64,000 nt of DNA from Patescibacteria group bacterium (GTDB taxonomy: Bacteria; Patescibacteriota; Patescibacteriia; UBA1558; GWA2-36-10), in the NCBI GenBank assembly GCA_041662585.1, contig JBAZSG010000005.1, positions 4,181 to 68,180 on the forward strand, in the 5' to 3' direction. Below, piece after piece: positions 51,013 through 60,718 of this stretch. The notes beneath the pieces were generated by a model. It was given only the letters and a program-made list of their open reading frames with translations. It was not told the DNA's origin and did not search any database. The translations under genes and the position numbers were made by a program. The stretch's first letter is position 1. Each line of letters starts with the position of its first letter.

Positions 51013-51040
51013 AAAACCCCCTAAGTTAAGGGGGTTTTTA
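51013..51040 (+). terminator. Rho-independent terminator after tsf
   Basis: aaaaCCCCCT-aagtta-AGGGGGttttt. Confidence 0.55.
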
Positions 51041-51105
51041 TTTTACTTAAAATAAGAAGAGGCATGCAAATCGTGCTTGAATACCTCTTCGAAGATGTAA
51101 AGATG

Positions 51106-51309
51106 TTAGGATATATATACATTGCCATCTTTTTTGAAAAGAAACCCCGTGTCACAGAGTCTAGTTATCTCATTGTAGACATGTCCAAATCCCATGTCTG
51201 TTTCTGACGCTATTTTCCAAGCCAATTCATAAGGACACACGAGATTATTTCCTAAACGTTTTTTGAATTCTTCCTTGAATTCATTATCGTTCATTTTACA
51301 TCCTTTCAT
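51106..51309 (-). CDS. Small hypothetical protein
   Basis: 67 aa with no recognised motif. Confidence 0.3.
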   Translation of the reverse strand: MKGCKMNDNEFKEEFKKRLGNNLVCPYELAWKIASETDMGFGHVYNEITRLCDTGFLFKKDGNVYIS

Positions 51310-51446
51310 TGAAGGAATTATTATAAGAACGTTATTTAAAATTACTATTATAGTATTACTAAATGATGTTGGTTTGTCAATTTTAAGTATCTTGCTAATT
51401 TAACAACAATTTGACATAATTAGGATAAGATTTTTAAAACAAAACA

Positions 51447-52163
51447 ATGAATAAAAAGCGTATAGTTATAAAACTATCTGGAGAAGTATTTGAAGTTGGC
51501 AATCAAGAGGCTAATCTTGATTTTCCCAGTATTAAAAAAGTAGCTATTAGTTTAAAAAAACTGGTTAAAGCAGGTTATCAAGTAGGTGTAGTAGTGGGAG
51601 CTGGCAATATATTTCGAGCTCGGATGATCAAAGGTTCTGAGATTGATAGAGTGGCTGCTGATCATATGGGTATGATGGCTACTTCTATCAATGCTTTGGC
51701 CTTACAAGCCACTCTGGAAAAAGAGGGTCAAGATGCTAGAGTATTATCTTCTTTTTCTATTCCAGCCATTATGGAGGATTATATTTATAAACGAGCCATT
51801 AATCATTTGAAAAACAAGCGTATAGTCATTTTTGCTGGGGGAACTGGTAATCCATATTTTACTACTGACACTACTTTAGTTCTTCGCGCACTGGAAATAG
51901 GGGCCAATAATATCTATAAAGCCAGCAATGTTAATGGTGTTTATGATATGGATCCTGATAAAAACAAATCAGCCAAATTATACAAAAAATTAAGCTATAG
52001 TGAAGCTTTGAAACAAGATCTTAAAATAATGGATGGTACAGCTTTTGCTCTAGCCAGAGAAAATAATTTACACTTAAGTGTTTTTAAATATAGTCCAGCC
52101 AATATTATAAAAGCAGTTGTTGGCAATAGCATTGGTACCAAAATTTCTAATGAAAGTCGTTAA
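51447..52163 (+). CDS. pyrH: UMP kinase
   Basis: RIVIKLSGE...GVVVGAGNIFR...FAGGTGNPYFTTDT. 238 aa. Confidence 0.9.
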   Translation: MNKKRIVIKLSGEVFEVGNQEANLDFPSIKKVAISLKKLVKAGYQVGVVVGAGNIFRARMIKGSEIDRVAADHMGMMATSINALALQATLEKEGQDARVLSSFSIPAIMEDYIYKRAINHLKNKRIVIFAGGTGNPYFTTDTTLVLRALEIGANNIYKASNVNGVYDMDPDKNKSAKLYKKLSYSEALKQDLKIMDGTAFALARENNLHLSVFKYSPANIIKAVVGNSIGTKISNESR

Positions 52164-53031
52164 AGTACAATTTCATAAATTAGATAAAGAATATTTTTTT
52201 CTACCAGAATTTACTGAAACACCAGGTCTTGATATCAAGATTGGCGATAGCGTTGTAGTTGAGACATCTTTGGGTCAAGATGTGGGAAGGATTACTGCTT
52301 GGACAGAATGGGAATCTCCAAAAGCCATTGAAAAAAATAATTCAGAAAAAAACAATACTGAGTTTATTCAAGAAAATATTTCTGATGTCAAAGCAATGCT
52401 TAGACCACTCCAAGAAGAAGATCTAGATATATTAAGAGTGCAAAAAAAAGAAGGAGTAAAAAAATTTTTGGAGTGTAAAAAATTGATAGACAAATATGAA
52501 CTCAAATCCATGAAGCTGATTGATATGGCTGAGTCATATGATAACAAACGGATTACTTTTTATTTTATAGCAGATTCTAGAGTTGATTTTAGGGATTTGA
52601 TAAAAGAATTGGTACAAAAATATCACAAAAAAATTCGTTTACAACAAGTAGGTGTGCGTGATGCAGTAAAAGTCAGTGGTGATATTGGTTCTTGTGGTAT
52701 GCCTTTGTGTTGTAAAGCATGGCTTAGTACCATTGGCAGTGTTACACCTGATAGTATCAAAAATCAAGAACTTAGTCATCGAGGACCAGATAGACTGAGT
52801 GGACCTTGTGGACGACTCAAATGTTGTTTACGTTTTGAAGAAGAGGCTTATAAGTACAGTAGAGAAAATATGCCCAAAGAAGGTGATTTTATAAAAACAG
52901 CTGCTGGATTGGCCAAGGTTGTGGCAGTCCATCCTATAAAACAAACAGTTAATTTGGATATAGATGGTAATATAGTAGAATATCCGTATTTGGAAGGTAA
53001 GCTGTGTGAAAAAAATGAAGAATGTAAATAA
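52117..53031 (+). CDS. PSP1/RicT (YaaT)-family protein
   Basis: PSP1 C-terminal region DSRVDFRDLIKELVQKYHKKIRLQQVGVRDAVKVSGDIGSCGMPLCCKAWL...GPCGRLKCCLRFE. Confidence 0.7.
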   Translation: MLAIALVPKFLMKVVKVQFHKLDKEYFFLPEFTETPGLDIKIGDSVVVETSLGQDVGRITAWTEWESPKAIEKNNSEKNNTEFIQENISDVKAMLRPLQEEDLDILRVQKKEGVKKFLECKKLIDKYELKSMKLIDMAESYDNKRITFYFIADSRVDFRDLIKELVQKYHKKIRLQQVGVRDAVKVSGDIGSCGMPLCCKAWLSTIGSVTPDSIKNQELSHRGPDRLSGPCGRLKCCLRFEEEAYKYSRENMPKEGDFIKTAAGLAKVVAVHPIKQTVNLDIDGNIVEYPYLEGKLCEKNEECK

Positions 53032-53033
53032 AA

Positions 53034-53061
53034 ACAGCTCTTCGCAGGGGGCTGTTTTTTT
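53034..53061 (+). terminator. Terminator hairpin with a T7 run, running into the TGgTATAAT box of gap (53061-53069)
   Basis: aaaaACAGC...GCTGTttttttt. Confidence 0.5.
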
Positions 53062-53100
53062 GGTATAATGTTAATGTAATAAATCAAAAAATAAAATAAT

Positions 53101-54144
53101 ATGAAAAAAGCAAATCCCGCAAAACGGGACTCCGCTACGCGGAGGAAAAAAATAAGAGTAGCGATCAATGGTTTTGGACGTATTGGCCGAGCTGCTTTCA
53201 AAATAATAGGTGATAGCAAAAAGTATGAAGTAGTAGCCATTAATGATTTGGCTCCAGTAGAAACTTTGGCTTACCTATTAAAATACGATACAGTCTATGG
53301 TCGGTATAATAAAAAAGTAAGCTACAGTGCCAACAATATAATAGTCAACGCCAAAAAATATCATGTCACTAGTCAAAAAGAACCTCAAAAACTTCCTTGG
53401 AAAAAATTGAACATTGATGTAGTACTAGAATGTACTGGATTTTTTGTAAAAGATGGAGCAGCTTCAGCTCATATTCAGGCTGGCGCTAAAAAAGTCATTA
53501 TATCTGCTCCAACCAAAGGAGAAGGAAATGTAGCTACTTTTTTGTTGGGAGTAAATGAAAATAAATATGGCAAACAAAAAGTAATTTCCAATGCTTCTTG
53601 TACTACTAATTGTATTGCTCCAGTTGCTCAAGTGCTAGTATCTAAGTTTGGAGTAGCCAAAGCTATGATGACTACTATCCATTCATATACTGGTGATCAA
53701 GCACTAGTTGATGGTCCACACAAAGATTTTCGTCGTGGCCGTAGTGCTGCTGCCAATATGGTACCCACTACTTCTGGAGCGGCTATTGCTACAGCCAAAG
53801 TAATTCCTGAATTAGAAGGATTATTTGATGGGCTAGCAATACGTGTACCAACTCCAGTTGTATCTTTATCTGATTTTACTTTTGTTCTCAAAAAAGATGT
53901 AACAGTCAAACAAATAAATGATGCTTTGATCGCAGCTTCCAAAAGTAAAAGATACCAAGGAATATTAGGCGTAACTGACGAGCCAGTAGTTTCATCTGAT
54001 TTTATTGGTGATTCTCGTTCATCTATTGTTGATTTGTCACTTACCAAAGTAGTAGGAGGCAACATGGTCAAGATCATTGCTTGGTATGATAATGAATGGG
54101 GATATTCTGCTAGGTTGGTAGATATGATAGGTCAAATTTCTTAG
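53101..54144 (+). CDS. gap: Glyceraldehyde-3-phosphate dehydrogenase
   Basis: NGFGRIGR and the active-site ASCTTNCIAP. 347 aa. The ~17-aa N-terminal extension overlaps two GC-rich mRNA hairpins. Confidence 0.9.
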   Translation: MKKANPAKRDSATRRKKIRVAINGFGRIGRAAFKIIGDSKKYEVVAINDLAPVETLAYLLKYDTVYGRYNKKVSYSANNIIVNAKKYHVTSQKEPQKLPWKKLNIDVVLECTGFFVKDGAASAHIQAGAKKVIISAPTKGEGNVATFLLGVNENKYGKQKVISNASCTTNCIAPVAQVLVSKFGVAKAMMTTIHSYTGDQALVDGPHKDFRRGRSAAANMVPTTSGAAIATAKVIPELEGLFDGLAIRVPTPVVSLSDFTFVLKKDVTVKQINDALIAASKSKRYQGILGVTDEPVVSSDFIGDSRSSIVDLSLTKVVGGNMVKIIAWYDNEWGYSARLVDMIGQIS

Positions 54145-54149
54145 ATTTT

Positions 54150-54180
54150 TAATAAAACCCTCTAGATATAGGGGGTTTTT
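54150..54180 (+). terminator. Terminator after gap
   Basis: aaaaCCCTCTAgatATAGGGGGttttt. Confidence 0.45.
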
Positions 54181-54233
54181 ATATTGCCAAAACTTAGCTT
54201 TGTGTTACAATAAAATAACCAAGATTAAATAAT

Positions 54234-55616
54234 ATGAATATTAGATTATATAATAGTTTAAGCAAACAAAAAGAAGAATTTAAGCCCATCAAGAAAAAAG
54301 AGGTGGGTCTTTATACTTGTGGACCAACTGTTTAGGATTATCCACATATTGGCAATTTGATGGCCTATACTATTTGGGATGTATTAAAACGAATACTCAA
54401 AGTCAAAGGATACAAGGTCAAACATATCATGAATATTACCGATGTGGGACATCTGACTTCAGACGCTGATGAGGGAGAGGATAAATTAGCCAAAGCTAGT
54501 CGTAATTCTGATCAAAATGCTTGGCAGATAGCCGAGTTTTTTATCAAAGTATTTAGAAATAATTTAGCAGCTTTAAATATTGATGAACCAACTAAATTTT
54601 TAAGAGCGACAGATACTATTGAAGAGCAAATTGACTTTGCTAGAATTTTGGACAAAAAAGGATATTTGTATAAGATAGAAGATGGCATGTATTTTGATAC
54701 TTCAAAAATAAAAGATTATGGCAAGATAGCCAATCTAGCCAATGTTGATCTAAAAGAAGGAGCGCGGGTAGAAAAAATAAAAGGAAAAAAGCATCCAACG
54801 GACTTTGCAGTTTGGAAATTTACTCCAGAAGATATCACCAGAGATATGGATTGGGAGTCACCTTGGGGACTTGGTTTTCCAGGTTGGCATTTGGAATGTT
54901 CAGTTATGAGTCGTATGGAGCTGGGCGATACTTTTGATATTCATACTGGTGGTATGGATCATTTGACTGTTCATCATCCCAATGAAATGGCTCAATCAGA
55001 AGCAGTGACTGAAAAATTACAAGCCAATTATTGGTTGCACAATGCTTTTGTAAAAGTGGATGGTGGGAAAATGTCCAAATCTAATGGTACTTTTATCACT
55101 TTGGAAAATATTCGAAACAAAGGTTTTTCTCCAATCGCTTTTCGTTTTTTGATTTTACAAAATCATTATCGTAGTCCACTCAATTTTACTTTTGAATCTT
55201 TGCAAGCTGCTCAACATGGTTTGATTGCCATAATTCGTGAAATTGCTTTTTATGGCAAACCAAAAGGATCTTGCAAGGAACTAGAAGAAGAATTTTATGA
55301 AGCCATCAGCAATGATCTCAATACTTCCAAAGCTGTATCAATATTACAAAAAGTTATTGATTCTGATCACAAAAATAATGCCAAGATGGCTACTATACTC
55401 AAGATGGATGAGGTACTTGGCTTGTGTTTAGAGGGCTTGGCTTATCATGCTCTGGAAATTGGTGATGAAGCCCAGATTATCTTGGAAGAAAGAGCCAAAG
55501 CTCGCGCTAGAAAAGATTGGGCAGCAGCAGATAAGCTCAGAGACAAATTGACAGTTTTGGGCGTAGAAGTTCAAGATACGCCTGAAGGACAAAAAGCTGT
55601 AGAAGTAAAATTATAA
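54234..55616 (+). CDS. cysS: Cysteinyl-tRNA synthetase interrupted by an in-frame TAG at codon 34
   Basis: [48 protein letters not shown]... The TAG (54333-54335) replaces the conserved Tyr of CGPTVYD. The HIGH-like motif, KMSKS and the anticodon-binding domain are present downstream. TAG is used as a genuine stop elsewhere in the window, for example lgt. Confidence 0.8.
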
Positions 55617-55619
55617 TTT

Positions 55620-56357
55620 ATGCAAGTAAATAAAAAACAAATAGAATTTTTGATCAAACTCAAAAAAAAGAAATATCGTGACGAGCATCAAAAATTTTTG
55701 TTCGAAAATCCTAAAGTAATTTGGGAAGAATTTTCCAATCCTTTACTTGATTCAGTTTATGTTACAGACAATTTTTATAAAGACAATGAAGATAGGATGG
55801 TTTTTAAGACCATCTATCGTTTATCTGAAAAAGATTTAAAAAAAATATCAAATCAAGTAAATCCTTTGGGGATGCTAGCTTTATTTGATATGCCTCATCC
55901 CAAAAAGTTTATATTCAAATCAAAGCATGTGTTGATTTTGGATAATATAGCTGATCCTGGTAATATGGGCACTATTATTCGTACGGCCGATTGGTTTGGT
56001 TTCAATCATGTATTTTTGGGTACGGGCTGTGTAGAAATCTATAATCCAAAAGTAGTAGCAGCTAGTATGGGTTCTATTTTTAATATTTCTATCAATGAAG
56101 AAGTTGATCTCAAAAATTTTATAAAAGATTTAAAAAATGAAGCTTACCAGATAATAGTAACTGATTTGATGGGAGATGAATTTAGTATCAACAAAAAAAA
56201 TAATATAGCTCTCATCATTGGCAATGAAGCTAAGGGGGTAGATAAAAAATTGATTGCTATGGCTGATCAGCGTTTTAAGATAATGAAGTCAGGCAAAGCT
56301 GAATCTTTGAATGCCGCTGTAGCCGCAGGCATTGTGATGAATAAAATAAAGTTTTGA
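55620..56357 (+). CDS. TrmH/SpoU-family RNA 2'-O-methyltransferase (RlmB-like)
   Basis: LILDNIADPGNMGTIIRTADWFGF and the C-terminal ESLNAAVAAGIV motif. The conserved position after cysS matches the Bacillus yacO arrangement. Confidence 0.8.
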   Translation: MQVNKKQIEFLIKLKKKKYRDEHQKFLFENPKVIWEEFSNPLLDSVYVTDNFYKDNEDRMVFKTIYRLSEKDLKKISNQVNPLGMLALFDMPHPKKFIFKSKHVLILDNIADPGNMGTIIRTADWFGFNHVFLGTGCVEIYNPKVVAASMGSIFNISINEEVDLKNFIKDLKNEAYQIIVTDLMGDEFSINKKNNIALIIGNEAKGVDKKLIAMADQRFKIMKSGKAESLNAAVAAGIVMNKIKF

Positions 56358-56413
56358 CGACTTAAATTTTTTAGATTATAATACTATAACATAATAATTT
56401 AATATATAAAATT

Positions 56414-56647
56414 ATGAAGAAGAAAAGTGAAGTAACTAATTTGGAAATTTTGGAGGCTCTCAATGAATTTTCTACATCTGTAGACAAACGTTTTGATGGC
56501 GTAGACAAACGTTTTGATGGCGTAGAGAGTAGATTGGCTCATTTAGAGTTTAATCAAGAAGAAATTTTATTAAAGCTTGATAACAAAGCTTGCAAATTAG
56601 ATGTTATAAATTTAACAAAAAGAGTAGAGCTTTTAGAAGGTAAATAA
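56414..56647 (+). CDS. Small coiled-coil protein with an internal VDKRFDG direct repeat
   Basis: 77 aa. The 21-nt duplication gtagacaaacgttttgatggc appears twice in tandem. Confidence 0.3.
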   Translation: MKKKSEVTNLEILEALNEFSTSVDKRFDGVDKRFDGVESRLAHLEFNQEEILLKLDNKACKLDVINLTKRVELLEGK

Positions 56648-56850
56648 TAATATTAAATAAAATAACTTGTGATTAATTTTACGGGTTATTTTTTGTTTAC
56701 CTAAAAAGAGGAGAGGGTGTTGACAAGATTTTTTTAGAAGTATATATTTAATATGAAAGTATAAGACGGCTATTAACTTAGCGACGGCTTATAAAAATGT
56801 CCTCTGACAATTTATCATTTATTTTCAACATCTTGAAAGGAAGTATAATC

Positions 56851-57564
56851 ATGATTCAGGCAATAGTTTTAGCAGCCGGTATTTCTACCAGAATGCGTCC
56901 ATTAACAAATAATGTGCCTAAACCGATGCTTGAATTAGCTGGTAAGCCAATTTTGCATTACGTGATAGAAAATTTACGAAATGCAGGCATCGAGCATATT
57001 ATTATTACTACTCATTACTTACCATTGGTTATTAGAGATTATTTTGGGAACGGCTCTCAACTTAACGTAAAAATAACTTATAGCTATGAAGAAAATCTTC
57101 TCGATACAGCTGGTTCCCTTAAAAAATTGGAATCATTATTAGAAGATAATTTTCTAGTTTGTGGCGGACATTTTATTTTACCGACTATTGATTTTAATAG
57201 TTTAATAGAGTTCCATCATAGTATGAGTGGTATAGGCACTATTGTGTTTAAAAGACTGGATGAATTAGAAAATTTAAAGTTTTTTGGACAAGGGATATTC
57301 GATGATGAGGAAAGGTTAATATACTTTGTTGAAAAACCTAAGGAAGCTATTAGTCGCAATATACACACCACTTATCAGATTTTTAACAAGAGAGTATTGA
57401 AATATATTCCTAAAAATAGACCTGTTTCTATTCCGGATTTCCTTATTCCGCGACTATTGTCTGACGGAGAGTCATTGTATGGGCACTTTACAGACAGTGA
57501 ATTAATTAATGTATCTACTATTGAGCTTTATAAGAGGGCTCAAGAAAAGATTGAAAGGATGTGA
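56851..57564 (+). CDS. Sugar-phosphate nucleotidyltransferase (NTP_transferase family)
   Basis: IVLAAGISTRMRPLTNNVPKPML signature. Start probably the ATG at 56851. Confidence 0.7.
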   Translation: MIQAIVLAAGISTRMRPLTNNVPKPMLELAGKPILHYVIENLRNAGIEHIIITTHYLPLVIRDYFGNGSQLNVKITYSYEENLLDTAGSLKKLESLLEDNFLVCGGHFILPTIDFNSLIEFHHSMSGIGTIVFKRLDELENLKFFGQGIFDDEERLIYFVEKPKEAISRNIHTTYQIFNKRVLKYIPKNRPVSIPDFLIPRLLSDGESLYGHFTDSELINVSTIELYKRAQEKIERM

Positions 57565-57568
57565 AATA

Positions 57569-58411
57569 ATGTGTACTCAGATAGCTAATTTAGATTGGTT
57601 TATTACCAGAAAATGTGGGCAAAGAAAATATTGTAAATTTTGTTTTGCACCATGGAATGTTTTTCCACCAGATACCACACTCAGTGGAGCTATGGATATT
57701 TGTGAGCGCATTGGCGAGCTTAAAATTCCTATTGTGACATTGTGTGGTGGAGAACCGAGTGAACATCTTTATATAGCAGAAGTTGTACAAAAACTGTATA
57801 AGCTTGGTATTCAGATTACGCTATATTCTAATATAGCGTGTCAGGAAAACATGGAGATAATCAAATGTTTATTGCCAAATATTCAAATTTTATCACTCCC
57901 TATAGATGCGGTCAGTTTGGATGTGTTACCAAAAATGCGTGGCGTACATCAATTTGAGACTATGTCATCTATGCTCAAGTATTTAGTATGTATTTTACAT
58001 AGGCCTAAAATTAAGGTTGGTACTGTAGTTACCAAACAGAATGTTTCAGATTTGGATAATATTTTAGAATTTTTACTAAAGGCAGAGATTATTGATGTTT
58101 GGAGAATATATCAGTATTCACCCTATGGTAAACAAGCTAATATTATTGATAATTTCTTGTTAGAAGATGAGATTTTTGAGAGGGAAATGATTCGTATCAA
58201 AAATCAAACAAGAAATTGTGGTCTAGATATATCATTTCGTAATAGACGTGATAATATCGGTTATTGTCATATTATGGACTCTCAAGGTAATTTTTATTAC
58301 TACAAGGAAGAATATATAAATTTGGGAGTTACTATATATGACACGCCTAGTCAGATACTGAAACATTATGATGAGAATAGAAATTATCATCAAAAGGGTT
58401 GGCAACAATGA
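57569..58411 (+). CDS. Radical-SAM-like protein with a Cx5Cx2C cluster and GGEP motif
   Basis: FITRKCGQRKYCKFCFAP followed by LCGGEPSEH. RBS AAAGGA overlaps the stop of the upstream gene. The Cys spacing is non-canonical. Confidence 0.5.
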   Translation: MCTQIANLDWFITRKCGQRKYCKFCFAPWNVFPPDTTLSGAMDICERIGELKIPIVTLCGGEPSEHLYIAEVVQKLYKLGIQITLYSNIACQENMEIIKCLLPNIQILSLPIDAVSLDVLPKMRGVHQFETMSSMLKYLVCILHRPKIKVGTVVTKQNVSDLDNILEFLLKAEIIDVWRIYQYSPYGKQANIIDNFLLEDEIFEREMIRIKNQTRNCGLDISFRNRRDNIGYCHIMDSQGNFYYYKEEYINLGVTIYDTPSQILKHYDENRNYHQKGWQQ

Positions 58412-58457
58412 TAGGTATATAATAAATGCACTAAGATAAGAGATTATTTTGGTGCAT

Positions 58458-58940
58458 TTACTTAACTATTTTGATTAGTTTTTTTATAGCTGGATAAATA
58501 GTTCGATGGGTATTTGACTTTGTGATTTGTTTAAATGGTGTCCAATTCACACTACTTATTTCATTACCATCGGCTGTATTAATTATAGATTTATTCTGTT
58601 TTTTATCAAATAGGGAAGACTTAAATACCATTATTATGGAATTATAAAATTGTTTGGACATACGATTATAAAAATTTTCTTGAGAAAGATAGAATGGTAT
58701 ATCAGCATCAATATTTATTTTGTAACCAGTTTCTTCATAACATTCACGTTTTAATCCTTCTAATATAGTTTCATTTTTTTCTACAGCTCCGCCAGGTAAT
58801 TCAAATAAAGTATTCCAAGTTGGTATTACAGTCAGTACTTTATTATCTTTAATGATCAGGGCATAGACTGATATACGCCAATTTACACTTTTTCCTTTGG
58901 GAAGTTTATATTTATTACCATTAGCATCTAAAAATTCCAT
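58458..58940 (-). CDS. NUDIX hydrolase
   Basis: Nudix box LPGGAVEKNETILEGLKRECYEETGY. Confidence 0.75.
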   Translation of the reverse strand: MEFLDANGNKYKLPKGKSVNWRISVYALIIKDNKVLTVIPTWNTLFELPGGAVEKNETILEGLKRECYEETGYKINIDADIPFYLSQENFYNRMSKQFYNSIIMVFKSSLFDKKQNKSIINTADGNEISSVNWTPFKQITKSNTHRTIYPAIKKLIKIVK

Positions 58941-59020
58941 AAAAGTATTATTTAATTATATAAATCATAATAGCACAGTACTATAAAAAATAAAAATTTA
59001 ATTTTACTTAATATATTTTT

Positions 59021-59536
59021 ATGCAATTCATATACGACAAAAAAATAGACAATGATTGTCATCAGAGAATTAAGGCCTGTGATGATATTTTTGGTGAGAA
59101 AATCAGAAAGGAAATTTATCCAGTTGATAATAATATTGTTGATAAATTTTCTCAAAAATGGACTGATGAGGTTGATATAACTTTTAAAGCAGGTATTAAA
59201 GAAATATTTAAAAAAGAATTACCCGAAGATTTTATTTGCTATATTATTTCTAGTCAATATTCTATGGACGTAGAAGATGGTATAGCCATATCAGTTTCTT
59301 CTTTAAACGTGATGATAAGAATGATTTGTCATGAAGCAAATCACTACATGTTTCGCAGAAGTGATTATAAAGATAAATATTTTCCAAATATGGATATAGA
59401 AGATGCTAAGGAAATATTTACTATTGTCAATAACATTTATTTTAAAGATATTATGGAAACACCAGACAATGGTTGGAAAAAATTTTGGACGCAGAGAAAA
59501 GAATTTTTAGAAATATGGCAGTCTAATAATCTATAA
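59021..59536 (+). CDS. Hypothetical protein with an HExxH motif (possible small metallohydrolase)
   Basis: MICHEANHYMF. 171 aa. Confidence 0.3.
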   Translation: MQFIYDKKIDNDCHQRIKACDDIFGEKIRKEIYPVDNNIVDKFSQKWTDEVDITFKAGIKEIFKKELPEDFICYIISSQYSMDVEDGIAISVSSLNVMIRMICHEANHYMFRRSDYKDKYFPNMDIEDAKEIFTIVNNIYFKDIMETPDNGWKKFWTQRKEFLEIWQSNNL

Positions 59537-59566
59537 AACATTCTATATTAAAATGTATATAAAAGC

Positions 59567-59734
59567 ATGATAAATAAAATTAGAAAATTTAATATATTAT
59601 TTTTACCAAGTATGCTGCTATTATTTGTTTGTTCAGCTATGCTAGCTATAATATGGGCAATAGGATATTCAGGCTATTGGATATTTTCTAGATTTAAATT
59701 AAATACAGAGAAGAAAAGCAATTTTGTGAGTTAA
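59567..59734 (+). CDS. Small hydrophobic ORF, family copy A (55 aa)
   Basis: MINKIRKFNILFLPSMLLLFVCSAMLAIIWAIGYSGYWIFSRFKL. ~85% identical to the N-terminus of the ORF at 60309. Confidence 0.35.
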   Translation: MINKIRKFNILFLPSMLLLFVCSAMLAIIWAIGYSGYWIFSRFKLNTEKKSNFVS

Positions 59735-59864
59735 TTAGAAAAAAACAGGCAAACTAATAATTAGTTTGTTAAAAAATGAAGAAGAAAAACGTTTTTGGGA
59801 GCTAAGTTAGTCTCCCCAGTTGGTTCAATCCACTGGGGAGACAGAAAATTATTCAAAATTAATT

Positions 59865-60299
59865 ATGATTTCAAGTAAAAAATTAGAAAATTTTAATAAA
59901 AAATTTGATGTAGTATCTTTGTTTGTAATTGTTGGTAATAAAATATTACTTTTGAAAAGGCACGATGACAAGCCACAGCCTGGATTGTGGGGACCTCCTG
60001 CTGGCAAAGTAGATGAAGGTGAATCTTTAAAACAAGGAATGATTAGAGAAACTTTTGAAGAGTCTGGTGTAAGTATAAAAAACGATGAATTAAAGCATTT
60101 TAAAAAAGAATATTTTGTTAGACATGGGGACGTAGATTTTATTTTTCATGTATTTGCAGTATATCGTGATGATTTTATGGAAGTAAATATAAATGGCACA
60201 GAGCATATTGAATATGGATGGTTTGATATGCAAGAGGCATTAAATATGGATTTGGTAGAAGATGAATATATTCCATTAAAAGATTATTTTAATTTATGA
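59865..60299 (+). CDS. NUDIX hydrolase
   Basis: Nudix box GPPAGKVDEGESLKQGMIRETFEESGV. Start placed at the ATG at 59865, because a 10-bp hairpin occupies 59804-59834. Confidence 0.7.
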   Translation: MISSKKLENFNKKFDVVSLFVIVGNKILLLKRHDDKPQPGLWGPPAGKVDEGESLKQGMIRETFEESGVSIKNDELKHFKKEYFVRHGDVDFIFHVFAVYRDDFMEVNINGTEHIEYGWFDMQEALNMDLVEDEYIPLKDYFNL

Positions 60300-60308
60300 G
60301 ATTTATAT

Positions 60309-60539
60309 ATGATAAATAAAATTAGAAAATTTAATATACTATTTATTCCAACTATGCTCTTATTATTTTTTTGTTCTATTTTATTAACTATTATTTGGGC
60401 AGTAGGTTATGGGTGTTATTGGGTATTTTTTAGATTTAAATTAATGATTAATTGTTATATATGTAAAAATTTAGGAAGTAGAAGTCCCGCGGAGCGGGAT
60501 CGCCCTTTGGGAGAAAAAGCAATTTTGCGGGTTAATTAG
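60309..60539 (+). CDS. Small hydrophobic ORF, family copy B (76 aa)
   Basis: MINKIRKFNILFIPTMLLLFFCSILLTIIWAVGYGCYWVFFRFKL... Confidence 0.35.
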   Translation: MINKIRKFNILFIPTMLLLFFCSILLTIIWAVGYGCYWVFFRFKLMINCYICKNLGSRSPAERDRPLGEKAILRVN

Positions 60540-60718
60540 AAAAAAACAGGCAAACTAATTATTAGTTTGTTAAAAAATGAAGAAGAAAAGCAATTTTGTG
60601 AGTTAATTAGTTGTTCTTTGACAAAAATATCTATCTTTGAATATAAAGATGATGAATAAAAGCGATTTTGGCAGATAACTAGTCTATGTTATACTTTATT
60701 TATAATTAATTAAAATAC

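Noticed and set aside
59561-60610. Integron-like cassette array (attC sites) around the Nudix gene
   Set aside because: There is no intI or attI nearby, the repeats lack GTTRRRY core sites, and only two modules are present. Reported instead as a duplicated module of unknown function.
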